From assembly GCA_030390025.1 (NCBI GenBank), contig JASTWF010000347.1, positions 248,001-312,000 on the forward strand: a stretch of 64,000 nt of DNA. Reading direction: 5' to 3'. The stretch comes from Squalus acanthias (taxonomy: Eukaryota). The notes beneath the pieces are model-generated. The model was not told the DNA's origin. It worked only from the letters and a program-made list of their open reading frames with translations, and made no database searches. This document shows, in pieces, positions 1-12,365 of the stretch. Position 1 is the first letter of the stretch. Each line of letters starts with the position of its first letter. Position numbers and translations under genes: made by a program.

Positions 1-245
1 GGGTCTGTGGGGTCTGTCCTCAGGAACCCTGGTCTGTTACAGGATAAGGGAGATGGGTCTGTGGGGTCTGTCCCCAGGAACCCTGGTCTGTTACAGGATA
101 AGGGAGATGGGTCTGTGCGGTCTGTCCCCAGGAACCCTGGTCTGTTACAGGATAAGGGAGATGGGTCTGTCCCCAGGAACCCTGGCCTGTTACAGGATAA
201 GGGAGATGGGTCTGTCCCCAGGAACCCTGGTCTGTTACAGGATAA
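1..245. repeat. Minisatellite, 54/45-bp unit (gggtctgtccccaggaaccctggtctgttacaggataagggagat), ~5 copies, cut by the window edge
   Basis: Units start at 1, 55, 109, 163 and 208; they explain the repetitive ORFs 7..288, 20..250 and 53..277. Confidence 0.95.
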
Positions 246-680
246 TACATTTTTCAAACACGATTTCCCTTTCATAAAACCATGTTGACTCTGCCTAATC
301 ATATTATCATTTTCTAAGTGCCCATTTCCACTTCCTTAATAATGGATTCCAGCATTTTCCCGAGGACTGATGTCAGGCTAACTGGCCTGTAGATCCCTGT
401 TTTCTCTCTCCCTCCTTTCTTGAATAGCGGTGTTACATTTGCTACCTTCCAATCCACGAGGACCTTTCCAGAATCTGGGGAATTTTGGAAGATCACAACC
501 AATGAATCAACTATCTCTGCAGCCACCTCTTTTAGAACCCTCGGATGTCGGCCGTCAGGTCCAGGGGATTTGTCGGCTTTTAGTCCCGTTAATTTCTCAA
601 GTACATTTTCTCACTGATATGAATTACTTTAAGTTCCTCACTCTCATTAGCCCCTTGGTTCTCCACTATTTCTGGTATCT
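246..680 (-). mobile_element. CR1 LINE ORF2 fragment
   Basis: ORF 314..526 contains [14 protein letters not shown]...YRPVSLTSV, typical of CR1 upstream of the RT core. Confidence 0.9.
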
Positions 681-756
681 CAACCTTCTCCAGTGTAGCT
701 CACGCGGCTCCAGCTCGCGCAGCCTAAGCCCGGGCTGTCCGCAGTGCGGCCGCAAC

Positions 757-891
757 ATGCCCGTAGACTTGTACGAGTGGTCGGGACCTCTCGTCCTGAC
801 CGAGGTGGACGAGAAGCCTGTGCAGCCTCTCCATGTCAAGTATGACAACGTGGACATAGATGTGCTGGGTAAAGTGCTGAGCCCGGCCCAG
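757..891 (+). pseudogene. PEBP1: Orphan copy of PEBP1/RKIP coding exon 1 (45 codons)
   Basis: [45 protein letters not shown] aligns without gaps to the vertebrate PEBP1 N-terminus ([27 protein letters not shown]...LGKVLTPTQ, from memory). Similarity stops at CAG|gtactg. No later PEBP1 exons (TDPDAP motif) were seen. Confidence 0.85.
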
Positions 892-979
892 GTACTGACT
901 GCAGCTGAGAGCTGAACACACAGGAACCGCTCCAGTGCCTGGAGCCAGCAACAAGAGGCAACAAAAGCAAGGAAGGCAC

Positions 980-1590
980 AGAGTACAAAAGCAAGGAAGT
1001 TATGATGAACCTTCATAAAACACTGGTTCGGCCTCAACTGGAGTATTGTGTCCAATTCTGGGCACCGCACTTTAGGAAGGATGTGAAGGCCTTAGAGGGG
1101 GTGCAGAAAAGATTTACAAGAATGATTCCAGGGATGAGGGACTTTAGTTACGTGGATAGACTGGAGAAGCTGGGGTTGTTCTCCTTAGAGCAGAGAAGGA
1201 TGAGAGGAGATTTGATAGAGGTGTTCAAAATCCTGAGGGGTCCGGACAGAGTAGATAGAGAGAAACTGTTCCTATTGGCGGAAAGGTCGAGAACCAGAGG
1301 ACACAGATTTAAGGTGATTGGCAGAAGAACCAAAGGCGACATGAGGAAAAACTTTTTTACGCAGCGAGTGGTTAGGATCTGGAATGCACTGCCTGAAAGG
1401 GTGGTGGAGGCAGATTCAATCACGGCTTTCAAAAGGGAGTTGGATAAGTATCTGAAGGAAAAACATTTGCAGGGCTACGGGGAAAGGGCGGGGGAGTGGG
1501 ACTAGCTGAAGTGATCTTGCAGAGAGCCGGCACGGGCTCGACGGGCTGAATGGCCTCCTTCTGTGCTGTAACCATTCTATGATTCTAAGC
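980..1590 (+). mobile_element. CR1 LINE 3' end
   Basis: ORF 1002..1505 ([12 protein letters not shown]...RTRGH...FFTQRVV) followed by 3' UTR and an attctatgattct tail. Confidence 0.95.
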
Positions 1591-4057
1591 TTATATTGTG
1601 GTTAATAACAGACAAACCCTGTTCTTTCCCCTGATCTGATTACAGTTTCCAACCAGTCGATTCAGTGAATGGAATGTCTTATCAGTGTTGCCATGGTGAC
1701 CTGTCTGCAGTGAATCGCCTGTTTGAGTTTCTAACTCAGACTAAACTTCTCTTTCCCATAATACACATTATATCAGACATTTGATCTCAATGTATTTCAG
1801 CCATGTTATGTTAATATCTCTATAATCTACAGGGAGATCAGATACACAAATCTTTAAAAGTTGGAGGACAAGTTTATAAAGTGGTTTAAAAATGTTACCC
1901 GAGGTTTTTTATAAATGGGGCGTAGAAAACAAAACCATCGGTTCGGCTGCAGTTAGAATAAGTTTTGGGCATCTTACACTAGGAAGGATGTCGGGGCCAC
2001 AGAGAGGCTGCAGAATAAACTCACTGAGGTTATACCACGGATGAGAGGCTTTAGTTATCAGAGAATCAGAGAACGATACAGCACAAAAGGTGGCCATTCA
2101 GCCCATCATGCTTGTGCCAGCTCTTTGGGAGAGCTATCCAATTAGTCCCACTCCCTTGCTCTTTCCTCATATCCCGGTAAATGTTTTCCCTTCAAATATT
2201 TATCCAATTCCCTTTGGAAAGTTACTGTTGAATCTGCTTCCTCCACCCTTTCAGGCAGTGCATTTCAGATCATAATAACTCGCTGGGTAAAGAAATGTTT
2301 CCTCATGATGACCTGTCTGCAGTGAAGCGCCTGTTTGAGTTTCTAACTGAGGCGAACTTCTCTTTCCCAGGAGGAGAGACGAGAGAAACTGGGGCACTTC
2401 TCATTAGAACAAAGCAGGGTGAGAGGAGATGTGAGCGAGGTGTTTAAACTTGATCAACGACACCGACCAAAATATCAGAGACACTCCCTGTCCTTCAGGA
2501 CCTGTGTCCAGGGGAGAAGCTGATGGGTTTATCAGATCATCTATGGGTTAAATGTTGTGCTCATGGAGCTGAGCCCCTAGTGTCAGCATCAAACACTCTC
2601 CAGTCGGGTACAGCACGGGTTAGATACAGAGTAAACCCATCAGCCGCTCCCCGACACAGATACCGAGGGACAGGGAGTGTCCGGGACAATGACATTTCTC
2701 ACTCAATAAGGTATAAATTGATCCTGTACCTCTCCCCATTAATCCTGGGCTCCACACGGGGCGAATCCTGCTCCTGTTTCCCTTCCTGTAACAGCACTGA
2801 GCTAAACCCAGCCCATAATGAGCAGGGCTCAGGGAGGTTGGTTGCTTGGCGCTGCAGTGATGTCATAAAGCAGGGCCATTCAGCCCAGCTGGTCGTCTCC
2901 TTGTCCCTTTAAAGGTGGAGAGCCGGGGACACCCTGTCTCCAAACACATCCCACCTGTTCATACTGAGAATCCCCGGGGAAGGCCCAAGGCCCAAGGCCC
3001 AGAGTGTGGAACACAACCAAGGGGGAAAGAGGAGGAGAGAAGGGGAGGTAAATCAAGGAGTCGGGACTGAGGGACACCAAGCTTCAGTTTTAGAGCCTGT
3101 AGACTTCAGGAGGGGAAGAGTGAGTTCAGTAGTTTTAGGATCCAGGGAGAGAACAAGGAGCAGATGGGGAGACTGGTGTGGATTCCAGCACAGTGAGGAT
3201 GTAGGGGGAGGGAGATTGTGTCGGGCCGTGTATTAGGGGTGTAGGAGGGACAAGAGAGGAAAGGTCAGAGGAGCAATTACTGCAGCAGTGCCCATAAATA
3301 GTGAGAGAGAGAGAAGGTGGGGGTTCGAGTGGACCAGGGACAGTCTGTTAAACTCGCTGTTTGCTGTGACCAGTTTTCTTTCGGTTAAAAATGTCCTCCT
3401 GTAGCCCAGTGACACAAACAGCCCATTAAACTCCACCAATGGCCTTTGGTCTGGTGAGGTCTCCCTTTGTGAAACATCGGCTGTTGTTAAAGCTTTTCAT
3501 TCTGACACGCTCACACTGAGAAATGAGCTGCAGAACTGCCGACACTGTCAGCTTTAAGGAGACGTTTCCCTTTGGAGATCGGATTGCCCATTGAGTTTGA
3601 TTAAACTGATGTTAAAGTAACAAGGCTGCTTTGCCCCGTGACAATAACAGATTATCAGAATATTTCCCATAGGTTAAAATCCAATATTACAGGGACTCAC
3701 TGCCCTGGATGGTTGAAGTGGACCCTGTGATATAATAGAATTTTCTGTCCTGTCAGACTTGGACATCTTGTAGATCCATCTTTTAGAAAGTTGTGGGAAA
3801 TCAGTTCTCAGATGGATTCCACTCAGTTTGTAACAAGTCCTCAATCAGCTCGTCTTATTGTCGAGATATCAAGGACTCGACACACTGCGTGTGTGGGAAA
3901 CAAAGCTCATTTATTTGACATTGATACAGATTAAACTCCAGCCCAGTTATAGGGGTTACTAACATCAGCTGAAACAAACCCCAACTGTCAGAATGAACAT
4001 GGCTCAGTTCTGGATGTGATTCACAGCATCAATAACAACAGAATCCAACCCCTGCAG

Positions 4058-4309
4058 TCACATGTGAAATCCCTGGTGTGTCAGCAGGTTGTATGAACGG
4101 AATCCATTCCCACACACGGAGCAGGTGAACGGCCTCTCCCCAGTGTGAACTCGCTGGTGTATCAGCAGGTTGGATGAACCATTGAACCCCTTCCCACACA
4201 CGGAGCAGGTGAACGGGTTCTCCCCGGTGTGAGTGCGTCGATGAATTTCCAGCTCAGATGGGTAATTGAATCCCTTCCCACAGTCCCCACATTTCCACGG
4301 TTTCTCCAT
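4058..4309 (-). pseudogene. C2H2 ZNF unit A: 2 intact fingers plus 1 finger with a one-codon deletion; promoter and exon 1 missing
   Basis: CxxC...HxxxH with TGE(R/N)PF linkers; ACCATGG start; leader homology ends near 4582; family 3' UTR at ~3910-4057. Confidence 0.75.
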
Positions 4310-5103
4310 GGTGCGGGTGTCCTTGTGTCTCTCCAGGTTGGACGATCAGTTGAAGCCTCGTCCACACACAGAACACGTGTACGGTTTCTCCCCACTGTGA
4401 ACGGTGCGATGTTTTTTCAGGCTGTGTAACTGGTTAAAGCTCTTTCCACAGTCAGTGCACTGGAACACTCTCACTCGGGTGTGTGTGTCTCGGTGCTTTT
4501 CCAGTCACACTGATGTTTGAAATCTTTTCCCAGACAGAACAGACAAACATTTCTCCTTCCAGATTCAGAGGCCGATGATACTCAGCCCGTTACTATAACT
4601 GGACTTGTATCCATTCCTGTGCTGAGGTGATTGCTGTACCAGACGGGAGGGGCAACATTCGGGGACTCTCGATTCTCCACCAATTCCCATTCCCCTTCTT
4701 TCTGGTGGATAATGGAGGTGCCACTGTGTGTAATGTGCAAGTCAGTAAGAATTGTCAGCGAGGATTAATCAGCACTTTCTAATTGGAGATGTTAATCAGT
4801 GGAACTTTCCAGACACTGAATTGCACCAAAGATTAATATAGGATTGAAGTAAAATGTTTAATTTTTTTGTAAACTAATTTCTGATGAGAGTCCCTGAATT
4901 AAGGGAACGATCACAGACAGCGGTTCTTAAATGGACACTGCAGTCCCGAGAAAACAATCAACTATATATCCAGAATATTAAACTCCAGCCAAGTTGTAGG
5001 GTTATTAATATCAGCAGAAATAAACCCCAACTGTCAGAATAAACATGGTTCAGTCCTGGATGTGATTAACAGCAGCAATAACAGTAGAATCCAACCCCTA
5101 CAG

Positions 5104-5526
5104 TCACTTGTGAACTCGCTGGTGTCTCAGCAGGTGGGATGAACGAGCGAATCCCTTCCCACACACGGAGCAGGTGAACGTCCTCTCCCCAGTGTGAACT
5201 CTCTGGTGTGTCAGCAGCGTGGATGACTGAGTGAATCCCTTCCCACACACGGAGCAGGTGAACGGCCTCTCCCCAGTGTGAACTCGCTGGTGTGTCAGCA
5301 GGTTGGAAGATTTAGTGAATCCCTTCCCACACACGGAGCAGGTGAACGGCCTCTCTCCAGTGTGAAATCTCTGGTGTGCCAGCAGGTTGGATGATTTAGC
5401 GAAGCCCTTCCCATACATGGAGCAGGTGAACGGCCTCTCCCCAGTATGACTGTAGCGATGAGTTTTCAGCTCAGACGGGCAATTGAATCCCTTCCCACAG
5501 TCCCCACATTTCCACGGTTTCTCCAT
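5104..5526 (-). CDS. C2H2 ZNF unit B, 140 aa, 5 fingers (finger 2 has Cys to Tyr)
   Basis: ACCATGG start, TGERPF linkers, family leader and acceptor (to ~5895) and family 3' UTR. The intron is interrupted by CR1 and the 5' end of exon 1 is lost, so expression is uncertain. Confidence 0.65.
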   Translation of the reverse strand: MEKPWKCGDCGKGFNCPSELKTHRYSHTGERPFTCSMYGKGFAKSSNLLAHQRFHTGERPFTCSVCGKGFTKSSNLLTHQRVHTGERPFTCSVCGKGFTQSSTLLTHQRVHTGERTFTCSVCGKGFARSSHLLRHQRVHK

Positions 5527-5976
5527 GGTGCAGGTGTCCTTGTGTCTCTCCAGGTTGGATGATCAGTTGAAGCTTCGTCCACACACAGAACACGTGTACG
5601 GTTTCTCCCCACTGTGAATGGTGTGCTGTTTTTCAGGCTGTGTAACTGGTTAAAGCTCTTTCCACAGTCAGTGCACTGGAACACTCTCACTTGGGTGTGT
5701 GTGTCTCGGTGCTTTTCCAGTCACACTGATGTTTGAAATCTTTTCCCACAGACAGAACAGACAAACATTTCTCCTTCCATATTCAAAGGCCGATGATATT
5801 CAGGTCCTGATCAATCGAGTGACTCTGTCAGATCTTGTTGTGATGTTTGGTTTGAGTTTCCCGTCTGTAAATCCTCCCCTTCTAATACCCTGTAAAAGGA
5901 GTTCACAAAAGTCATCACTGTAAGTACAGGATAGAAATTCAGAACAGACAATTCTAGTTTCTATGGAACATTCTTT

Positions 5977-7590
5977 CATAAGAACATAAGAACATAAGAA
6001 ATAGGAGCAGGAGTAGGCCAATCGGCCCCTCGAGCCTGCTCCGCCATTCAATAAGATCATGGCTGATCTGATCCTAACCGCCAATCTACTATCTATCACA
6101 GAACCATCTCCTGCATCTAACAGAATTGCACACACGAAATAGGAGCAGAATCAGGCTACACGGTCCCTGGGCCCGCTCCACTACCCACAGGGCCATGACC
6201 GATCCGAACCTAGACTCATGTCCAAATTCCTGCCCGCTCCCCGTAACCCTTAATGCCCTTTACTTCTAGGAAACTGTCTATTTCTGTTTTAAATTTATTT
6301 AATGATGTAGCTTCTACAGCTTTTTGTGGCAGCATATTCCATGGACCTACCACCCTCTGAGTGAAGTAGTTCCTCCTCATCTCAGTTTTGAAAGAGCAGC
6401 CCCTTATTCTAAGACTATGTCCCCTAGTTCTAGTCTCACCCGTCATCGGGAACATCCTCCCCGCATCCACCCGATCCAACCCCTTCACAATCTTATATGT
6501 TTCAATAAGATCGCCTCTCATTCTTCTGAACTCCAATGAGTAGAGTCCCAATCTACCCAACCTCTCCTCATATGACCACCCCCTCATCCCCGGGATTAAC
6601 CGAGTGAACCTTTTTTGCACTGCCTCGAGAGCAAGGATGTCTTTCCTTAAGTAAGGACACCAAAACTGTATGCAGTATTCCAGGTGCGGTCTCACCAATA
6701 CCTTGTACAACTGAAGCAATACCTCCCTATTTTTATATTCTATCCCCCTAGCAATGAAAGCCAACATTCCATTTGCCTTCTTAATCACTTGCTGCACCTG
6801 CATACTAACCTTTTGAGTTTCGTGCACCAGGACCCCCAGATCCCTTTGCACTTCAGTACTCTCCAGTTTCTTGCCATTAAGATAATAAATTGCTCTAGGA
6901 TTTTTCCTGCCAAAGTGCATCACCTCACACTTTCCAGTGTTGTATTCCATCTGCCAAATCTCTGCCCACTTACTTAGCCTGTCTATGTCCCCTTGCAGGT
7001 TTTTTATGTCCTCCTCACTCACTACTTTCCCTCCCATCTTAGTATCATCTGCAAATTTTGATATGTTACACTTGGTCCCTTCCTCCAAATCGTTAATATA
7101 GATTGTAAAGAGTTGGGGACCCAGCACTGACCCCTGTGGAACACCACTAGTTACTGATTGCCAGTCTGAGAATGAACCATTTATCCCAACTCTTTGCTTT
7201 CTGTTAGATAGCCAATCCTCTATCCATGCCAGAATATTACCCCCAATCCCGTGATTTTTTACCTTAAGCAATAATCTTTTGTGTGGCACCTTGTCAAATG
7301 CCTTTTGGAAGTCTAAATACACTACGTCCACTGGTTCCCCTTTATCCACTCTATATGTTACTTCCTCAAAGAACTCCAGCAAATTTGTCAAACATGACTT
7401 CCCCTTCGTAAAACCATGCTGACTTTGTCCTATTAAATTATGATTATCCAAATGTCCTGTTACTGTTTCCTTAATAATGGACTCCAAAATTTTACCTACC
7501 ACAGATGTTAGGCTAACATCTATAGTTACCAGCCTTCTGTCTACTGCCCTTTTTAAATAAGGGTGTTACATTAGCAGTTTTCCAGTCTGC
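5977..7590 (-). mobile_element. Nested CR1 LINEs in the unit B intron; inner copy has an uninterrupted 428-aa RT/C-terminal frame
   Basis: ORF 6216..7502 has YLDFQKAFD, GVPQGSVLGP and KFADD; (cataagaa)n tail at 5977; ZNF intron sequence resumes near 7592. Confidence 0.95.
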
Positions 7591-7714
7591 TCCCCCAAAA
7601 CTGTAAATCCCCGTCCCACACACTCTCCCTCTTCCCTGTGCTGAAATCCAAACCCATCGCACCATCTCCAACATTTCTTTCCTCCACTCCCAGTTTTCTC
7701 CCTCTGTAAACTTC

Positions 7715-7955
7715 AGCTCATCCAAAACTCTTCTGCTGTATTTTAACTCGCACCAAGTCCTGCTCAGCTAGCACCCCTGTACTCACCGACCTACACTGGC
7801 TCCTGGTCCAGCAATGTCTCAAGTTTAAAATTTTCATCCTTGTTTCCCAGTAATACACAAAATCAACCGCACTACCCTCATCAACCCTCTCTGTTACTTC
7901 ATCAAAGAATTCAATCAAGTTAGTCAAACACAATTCGCTTTTAATGAATCCAAAC
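7715..7955. mobile_element. Short L2 (+) and CR1 (-) fragments
   Basis: LTRTK...LTDLHWL L2 motif, then CLTNLIEFFDEVT CR1 motif on the minus strand. Confidence 0.7.
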
Positions 7956-8039
7956 AACCTGATCTTAGCCAACTTGTAGATTGTACATACTGCAGGTCCG
8001 GGCACTGATTTTTGAAAATTATTTATTCATTAATTTTGG

Positions 8040-8660
8040 ATATTGCCCCCTCCGGCCCTAACTTCGATGTGAGAAAAAAATCTGTTCCCCAATTGGGGCT
8101 CTCAATGTCGGTGCATTAACCCAGAATCCCCCGCGCGGCGGAAAGTGCCCTATCAATGACGATAGGAGCTCAGTGCGCCGGCGCAGTAACTAGGTGTGCT
8201 CTGAGCATGCGCAGTGCGAGGCGTGGCGATGGATTGAGCGGAACAGGCGAGTCAGCGACCGGGAGCCAGGAGGCGATTGTGGAAGCAGGGGATCGATTGG
8301 CCCCGCGGGTGGGTTTGAAAGATTTATAAACATCTGGTGTAGGCCTGAGGCCCCAAATAAGAGCCCAGATGCCCCGTGTTTCCCCGGTTACAGGTCCGGT
8401 CAGTGACCGCCCGGGTGATCCGGGTCACTGACCGCCATCTTGGACAGGGCGGGTCTCACGGCGCATGCGCGGTACTTTGGCCAGGAACAAAGAGTGGGCG
8501 GGGCTTCAGGGTCTCTGTCAGTTTGATTGGACCACATGTTTCTCCCATATTAGTGGCCCCTGAAAGGGAGCCTTGTTGGGCTGATTCTTGTTTGGTGACC
8601 CTGGGGCAACCCAGTCTCACCCTATTGGTCCATCCAAAAAGGCCCAGTGACCAGCAGAGA
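8040..8660 (+). promoter_or_regulatory. CpG-rich promoter module of ZNF unit C
   Basis: YY1-like CCGCCATCTTG, NRF1-like GCGCATGCGC, GC box GGGCGGGGC and ZNF143-like CCCAGAATCCCCCGCG; the same module recurs upstream of units D, E, F and G. Confidence 0.75.
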
Positions 8661-9387
8661 CAATCATTGTCTCATTGATTTTATTCTCACTCTGCACACA
8701 GCGGGTGGAGAACTGAACCCAACCAGAGTAGAGGGAGGGGGAAAACTGGGAGTGGAGGAAAGAAATGTTGGGGATGGTGCGATGGTCAGCCATGATCGCA
8801 TTGAATGGCGGAGCAGGCTCGAGGGGCCAAATGGCCTACTCCTGCTCCTATCTTCTATGTTTCTATGTTTGGATTTCAGCACAGGGAGGAGGGAGAGTGT
8901 GTGGGACGGGGATTTACAGCTTTGGGGAACAAGAGAGGAAAGATTGTTCCCTAGAAACTAGAATTGTCTGTTTTGAATTTCTATCCATTGCTTACTGTGA
9001 TAACTTTTGTAAACTCCTTTTACAGGATATTAGAAGGGGAGGATTTGCAGACAGGAAACTGAAACCAAGCATCATGTCAAGATCTCACAGTCACTCGATT
9101 CATCAGGACCTGAATATCATCGGCCTTTGAATGTGGAAGGAGAAATGTTTGTCTGTTCTGTCTGTGGGAAAAGATTTCAAACATCAGTGTGACTGGAAAA
9201 GCACCGAGACATACACACCCAAGTGAGAGTGTTCCAGTGCACTGACTGTGGAAAGATCTTTAACCAGTTACACAGCCTGAAAAAACATCGCACCGTTCAC
9301 ATCGGGGAGAAACCGTACACGTGTTCAGTGTGTGGACGAGGCTTCAACTGATCATCCAACCTGGAGGGACACAAGGACACCTGCACC

Positions 9388-9810
9388 ACGGAGAAACCGT
9401 GGAAATGTGGGGACTGTGGGAAGGGATTCAATGCCCCATCCCAGCTGGAAACTCATCGACGCAATCACACTGGGGAGAGGCCGTTCACCTGCTCCGTGTG
9501 TGAGAAGGGATTCGCTCAGTTATGCAACCTGCTGACTCACCAGCGTCTTCACACTGGGGAGAGGCCGTTCATCTGCTCCATGTGTGGGAAGGGATTCACT
9601 CAGTCATCCAACCTGCTGAGACACCAGAGAGTTCACACTGATAAGAAACCTTTTAAATGCTCTGACTGTGAGAAGTGTTTTAAAAGCACAAGGGATCTGC
9701 AGACACACCAAGGCACTCACACTGGGGAGAGACCGTTCACCTGCTCTGTGTGTGCAAAGGGATTTATTCGGCCATTCCACCTGCTGAGACACCAGCGAGT
9801 TCATACGTGA
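9388..9810 (+). CDS. C2H2 ZNF unit C, 5 fingers, frame opens at ACG in ACC-ACG-G
   Basis: Open frame from 9388 to TGA 9808-9810; acceptor ttttacag ends at 9025; AATAAA near 9932; start codon uncertain. Confidence 0.7.
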   Translation, partial: TEKPWKCGDCGKGFNAPSQLETHRRNHTGERPFTCSVCEKGFAQLCNLLTHQRLHTGERPFICSMCGKGFTQSSNLLRHQRVHTDKKPFKCSDCEKCFKSTRDLQTHQGTHTGERPFTCSVCAKGFIRPFHLLRHQRVHT

Positions 9811-11390
9811 CTGCAGGTGTTGGATTCTGCTGTTAATCGCATCCAGGACTGAACCATGTTTCTGACATTCTTGGGGTTTGTTTAATAACCCCTATAACTG
9901 GGCTGGAGTTTAATATTCTGGATATATGTGAAATAAATCAGTTTTGTTTTAAACACACTGCTGTAGATTTTCGTCTTTCCCACCTGAGTGTTTAGCATCA
10001 CCTGGCTGGAGCTCAGAAAGGACAATCTGGGGGAGGATCGTACGGCGGGAACAGAACTTCAGCCTGGACACATTCTTTCAGGGCCACACTGAGAGGGGCA
10101 AACGGCACTTTGGTCTTTCTCGTCTTTCTTCACTGACAGCAAAGGCCCCATGTGGGTTAATCTTGAGGTGTGTAAGAACTGTGTCCCAGCCGCTCTCTGC
10201 CATGGTTCAGAGCTCCTAGGCACGAAACAGAAGGCTCCTTTACAACTGTGTTTAGAGTCAGGAAGAACAACGGTGAATGCTGGAAACGTGCTGTCAAATC
10301 AGAGATTGGTGTAAAAGTGCAATCTGTTTCTGACTGCAAGTGAAACAGGTTTATGTTTCTAGTCTAAAAATGATTGTGGTAATTATTCCATGAACATTTA
10401 ACGAGTTTGAGTGACAGTCCTGAGTCTACCATTTTAAGGCAGGTGTTAACTCATTTAACATAAACCCATTTAAAATAAATAGTTTAAAGTCTGCATTAAA
10501 ATAGCAGATGGAGGAGTTCACAGGAGCCTGTTAACTGCTGGTACAATTATACAACAGACATTTGATCTCCAGATAAAGAAGGACCTGCAGCGTGTTTCCA
10601 GGAATTCCCTGTTTTATTGATGTGTGTGTGTTAGACACCAGGATAACTAAAAATACACGACCCGGAACATCCACGGGGTGCGATCCCGACAGTTACTCTG
10701 GGATCACTCCCATTGTGGAACTCCATCACTGACCCTGCTGAAGGTTGTAGGCTCAGGGAGTGGGGCCTCCAGGAGTGGACGGTAAGAAGATCAGATTTAA
10801 TATGAAATAGTAATCATAAAAGTAAAGTCTTGCTTTGTTTTGTTTACATGTTTGTTTAATATTAGTGGACTTTGTATTAAAGACCCGTGTCTAGTGAACT
10901 ATTAGCTTGTAATCACCTCAGACAGAACAGGCTCTAATTATCCCTTTTAGGATGAAATAAACTGCATGCGATTTAATTATAATTTGGAGTTGATTGTTTG
11001 TGCCCCTTCAAAAAGGGGGCTCTCTGGGTAATGTGACATCGATTGATGACAATGTCATTCTGATTGGCCTTTTAAAAGGGTCGAACATCCTTTCGTGCCT
11101 CCCAGGCTTGGCAATTATCAAAGTCTGAGTTCATGGATACAGCTCGTTAGATTGTGAGTCTTGCAATATAACTATAACGATATCAAATATTCCTTTGTAG
11201 AATCTCCCATATGAATATTTTGCACTTATTTAGTTTTTGAATTGTATTATTGAAGAATCGACATATTCCAAATAAATCCTGTGCTCAGGGGATTAAGGTG
11301 TGTGGAGTGTTTCATTGGAGATCTCGAACTCAACTAGGAACAGCGTAAAAGCTCATCAGGATTGTAAACAACTTCAGTCTGACATACACT

Positions 11391-11643
11391 GGAGATTGGT
11401 GTCAGTGACTGTGGGGCTGGTTTATATCAGACAGGAGGAGATTGGTGTCAGTGACTGGGGTTGGTTATATCAGACAGGAGGAGATTGGTGTCAGTGACTG
11501 TGGGGTTGGTTTATATCAGACAGGAGGAGATTGGTGTCAGTGACTGTGGGGTTGGTTTATATCAGACAGGAGGAGATTGGTGTCAGTGACTGTGGGGTTG
11601 GTTTATATCAGACAGGAGGAGATTGGTGTCAGTGACTGTGGGA
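11391..11643. repeat. 46-bp minisatellite, ~5.5 copies
   Basis: Unit ggagattggtgtcagtgactgtggggttggtttatatcagacagga. Confidence 0.95.
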
Positions 11644-11644
11644 T

Positions 11645-12365
11645 TCTCTAGCCTCATCCCACTTTCCAGCTCTTGGTCCGTAGGCCTGTAGGTTACGACA
11701 CTTCCAAGTACTTTTTAAATGCGATGAGGGTTTCTGCTTCTACCACCCTTTCAAGCAGTGAGTTGCAGACTCCAACCACCCTCTGGACGTTATGCTTGAA
11801 CTGTATAAAATACTAGTTAGGACACAGCTAGAATACTGCTTGCAGTTCTGGTCACCACATTACAGGAAAGATGTGATTGCACTAGAGAGGGTACAGAGGA
11901 GATTTACAAGGATGTTGCCAGGACCGAAGATTTTTAGCTGTGAGGAAAGATTGGATCGGCTGGGGTTGTTTTCTTTGGAACAGAGGAGGCTGAGGGGAGA
12001 CTTAATTGAGGTGTACAAAATTATAAGAGGCCGCAATAGAGTGGATAGGAAGGACCTGTTTCCATTAGCAGTGAGGTCAATATCGAGGGGGCATAGATTT
12101 AAAGTAATTGGTAGAATGATTATAGCGGAGTTGAGGAGAATGTTTCACCCAGACGGTGGTGGGGTCTGGAACTCACTGCCTGAAAGGGTGGTAGAGCCAG
12201 AAACCCTTAACGCATTTAAGAGGTACTTGGATCTGCACTTGAAATGCCGTAACCTACAGGGCTACGGACCAAGAGCTGGAAAGTGGGATTCGGCTGGAGA
12301 GCTCTTTTTTTGGCCGGCACAGACACGATGGGCCAAATGGCCTCCTGTAAATTTCTATGATTCTG
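11645..12365. mobile_element. CR1 3' fragments (11645-11786 minus, 11790-12365 plus)
   Basis: N-terminal half of ORF 11792..12811 is CR1 C-terminus; tail ttctatgattct near 12355. Confidence 0.9.

Noticed and set aside
4960..5103. SECIS element in the conserved ZNF 3' UTR
   Set aside because: The only candidate (actgaa...ctgacagt) lacks AUGA, the 11-13-bp upper helix and the apical AA; it needs a formal search but is not supportable by eye
8765..9130. Recurrent ORF MLEMVRWVWISAQG... as an effector-domain exon
   Set aside because: It runs through probable intron sequence, is interrupted by CR1 insertions in units B and C, and its frame is not preserved among copies
10170..10930. Solo LTR
   Set aside because: TG...CA ends and an ATTAAA can be picked, but no matching TSD or second copy is present in the window
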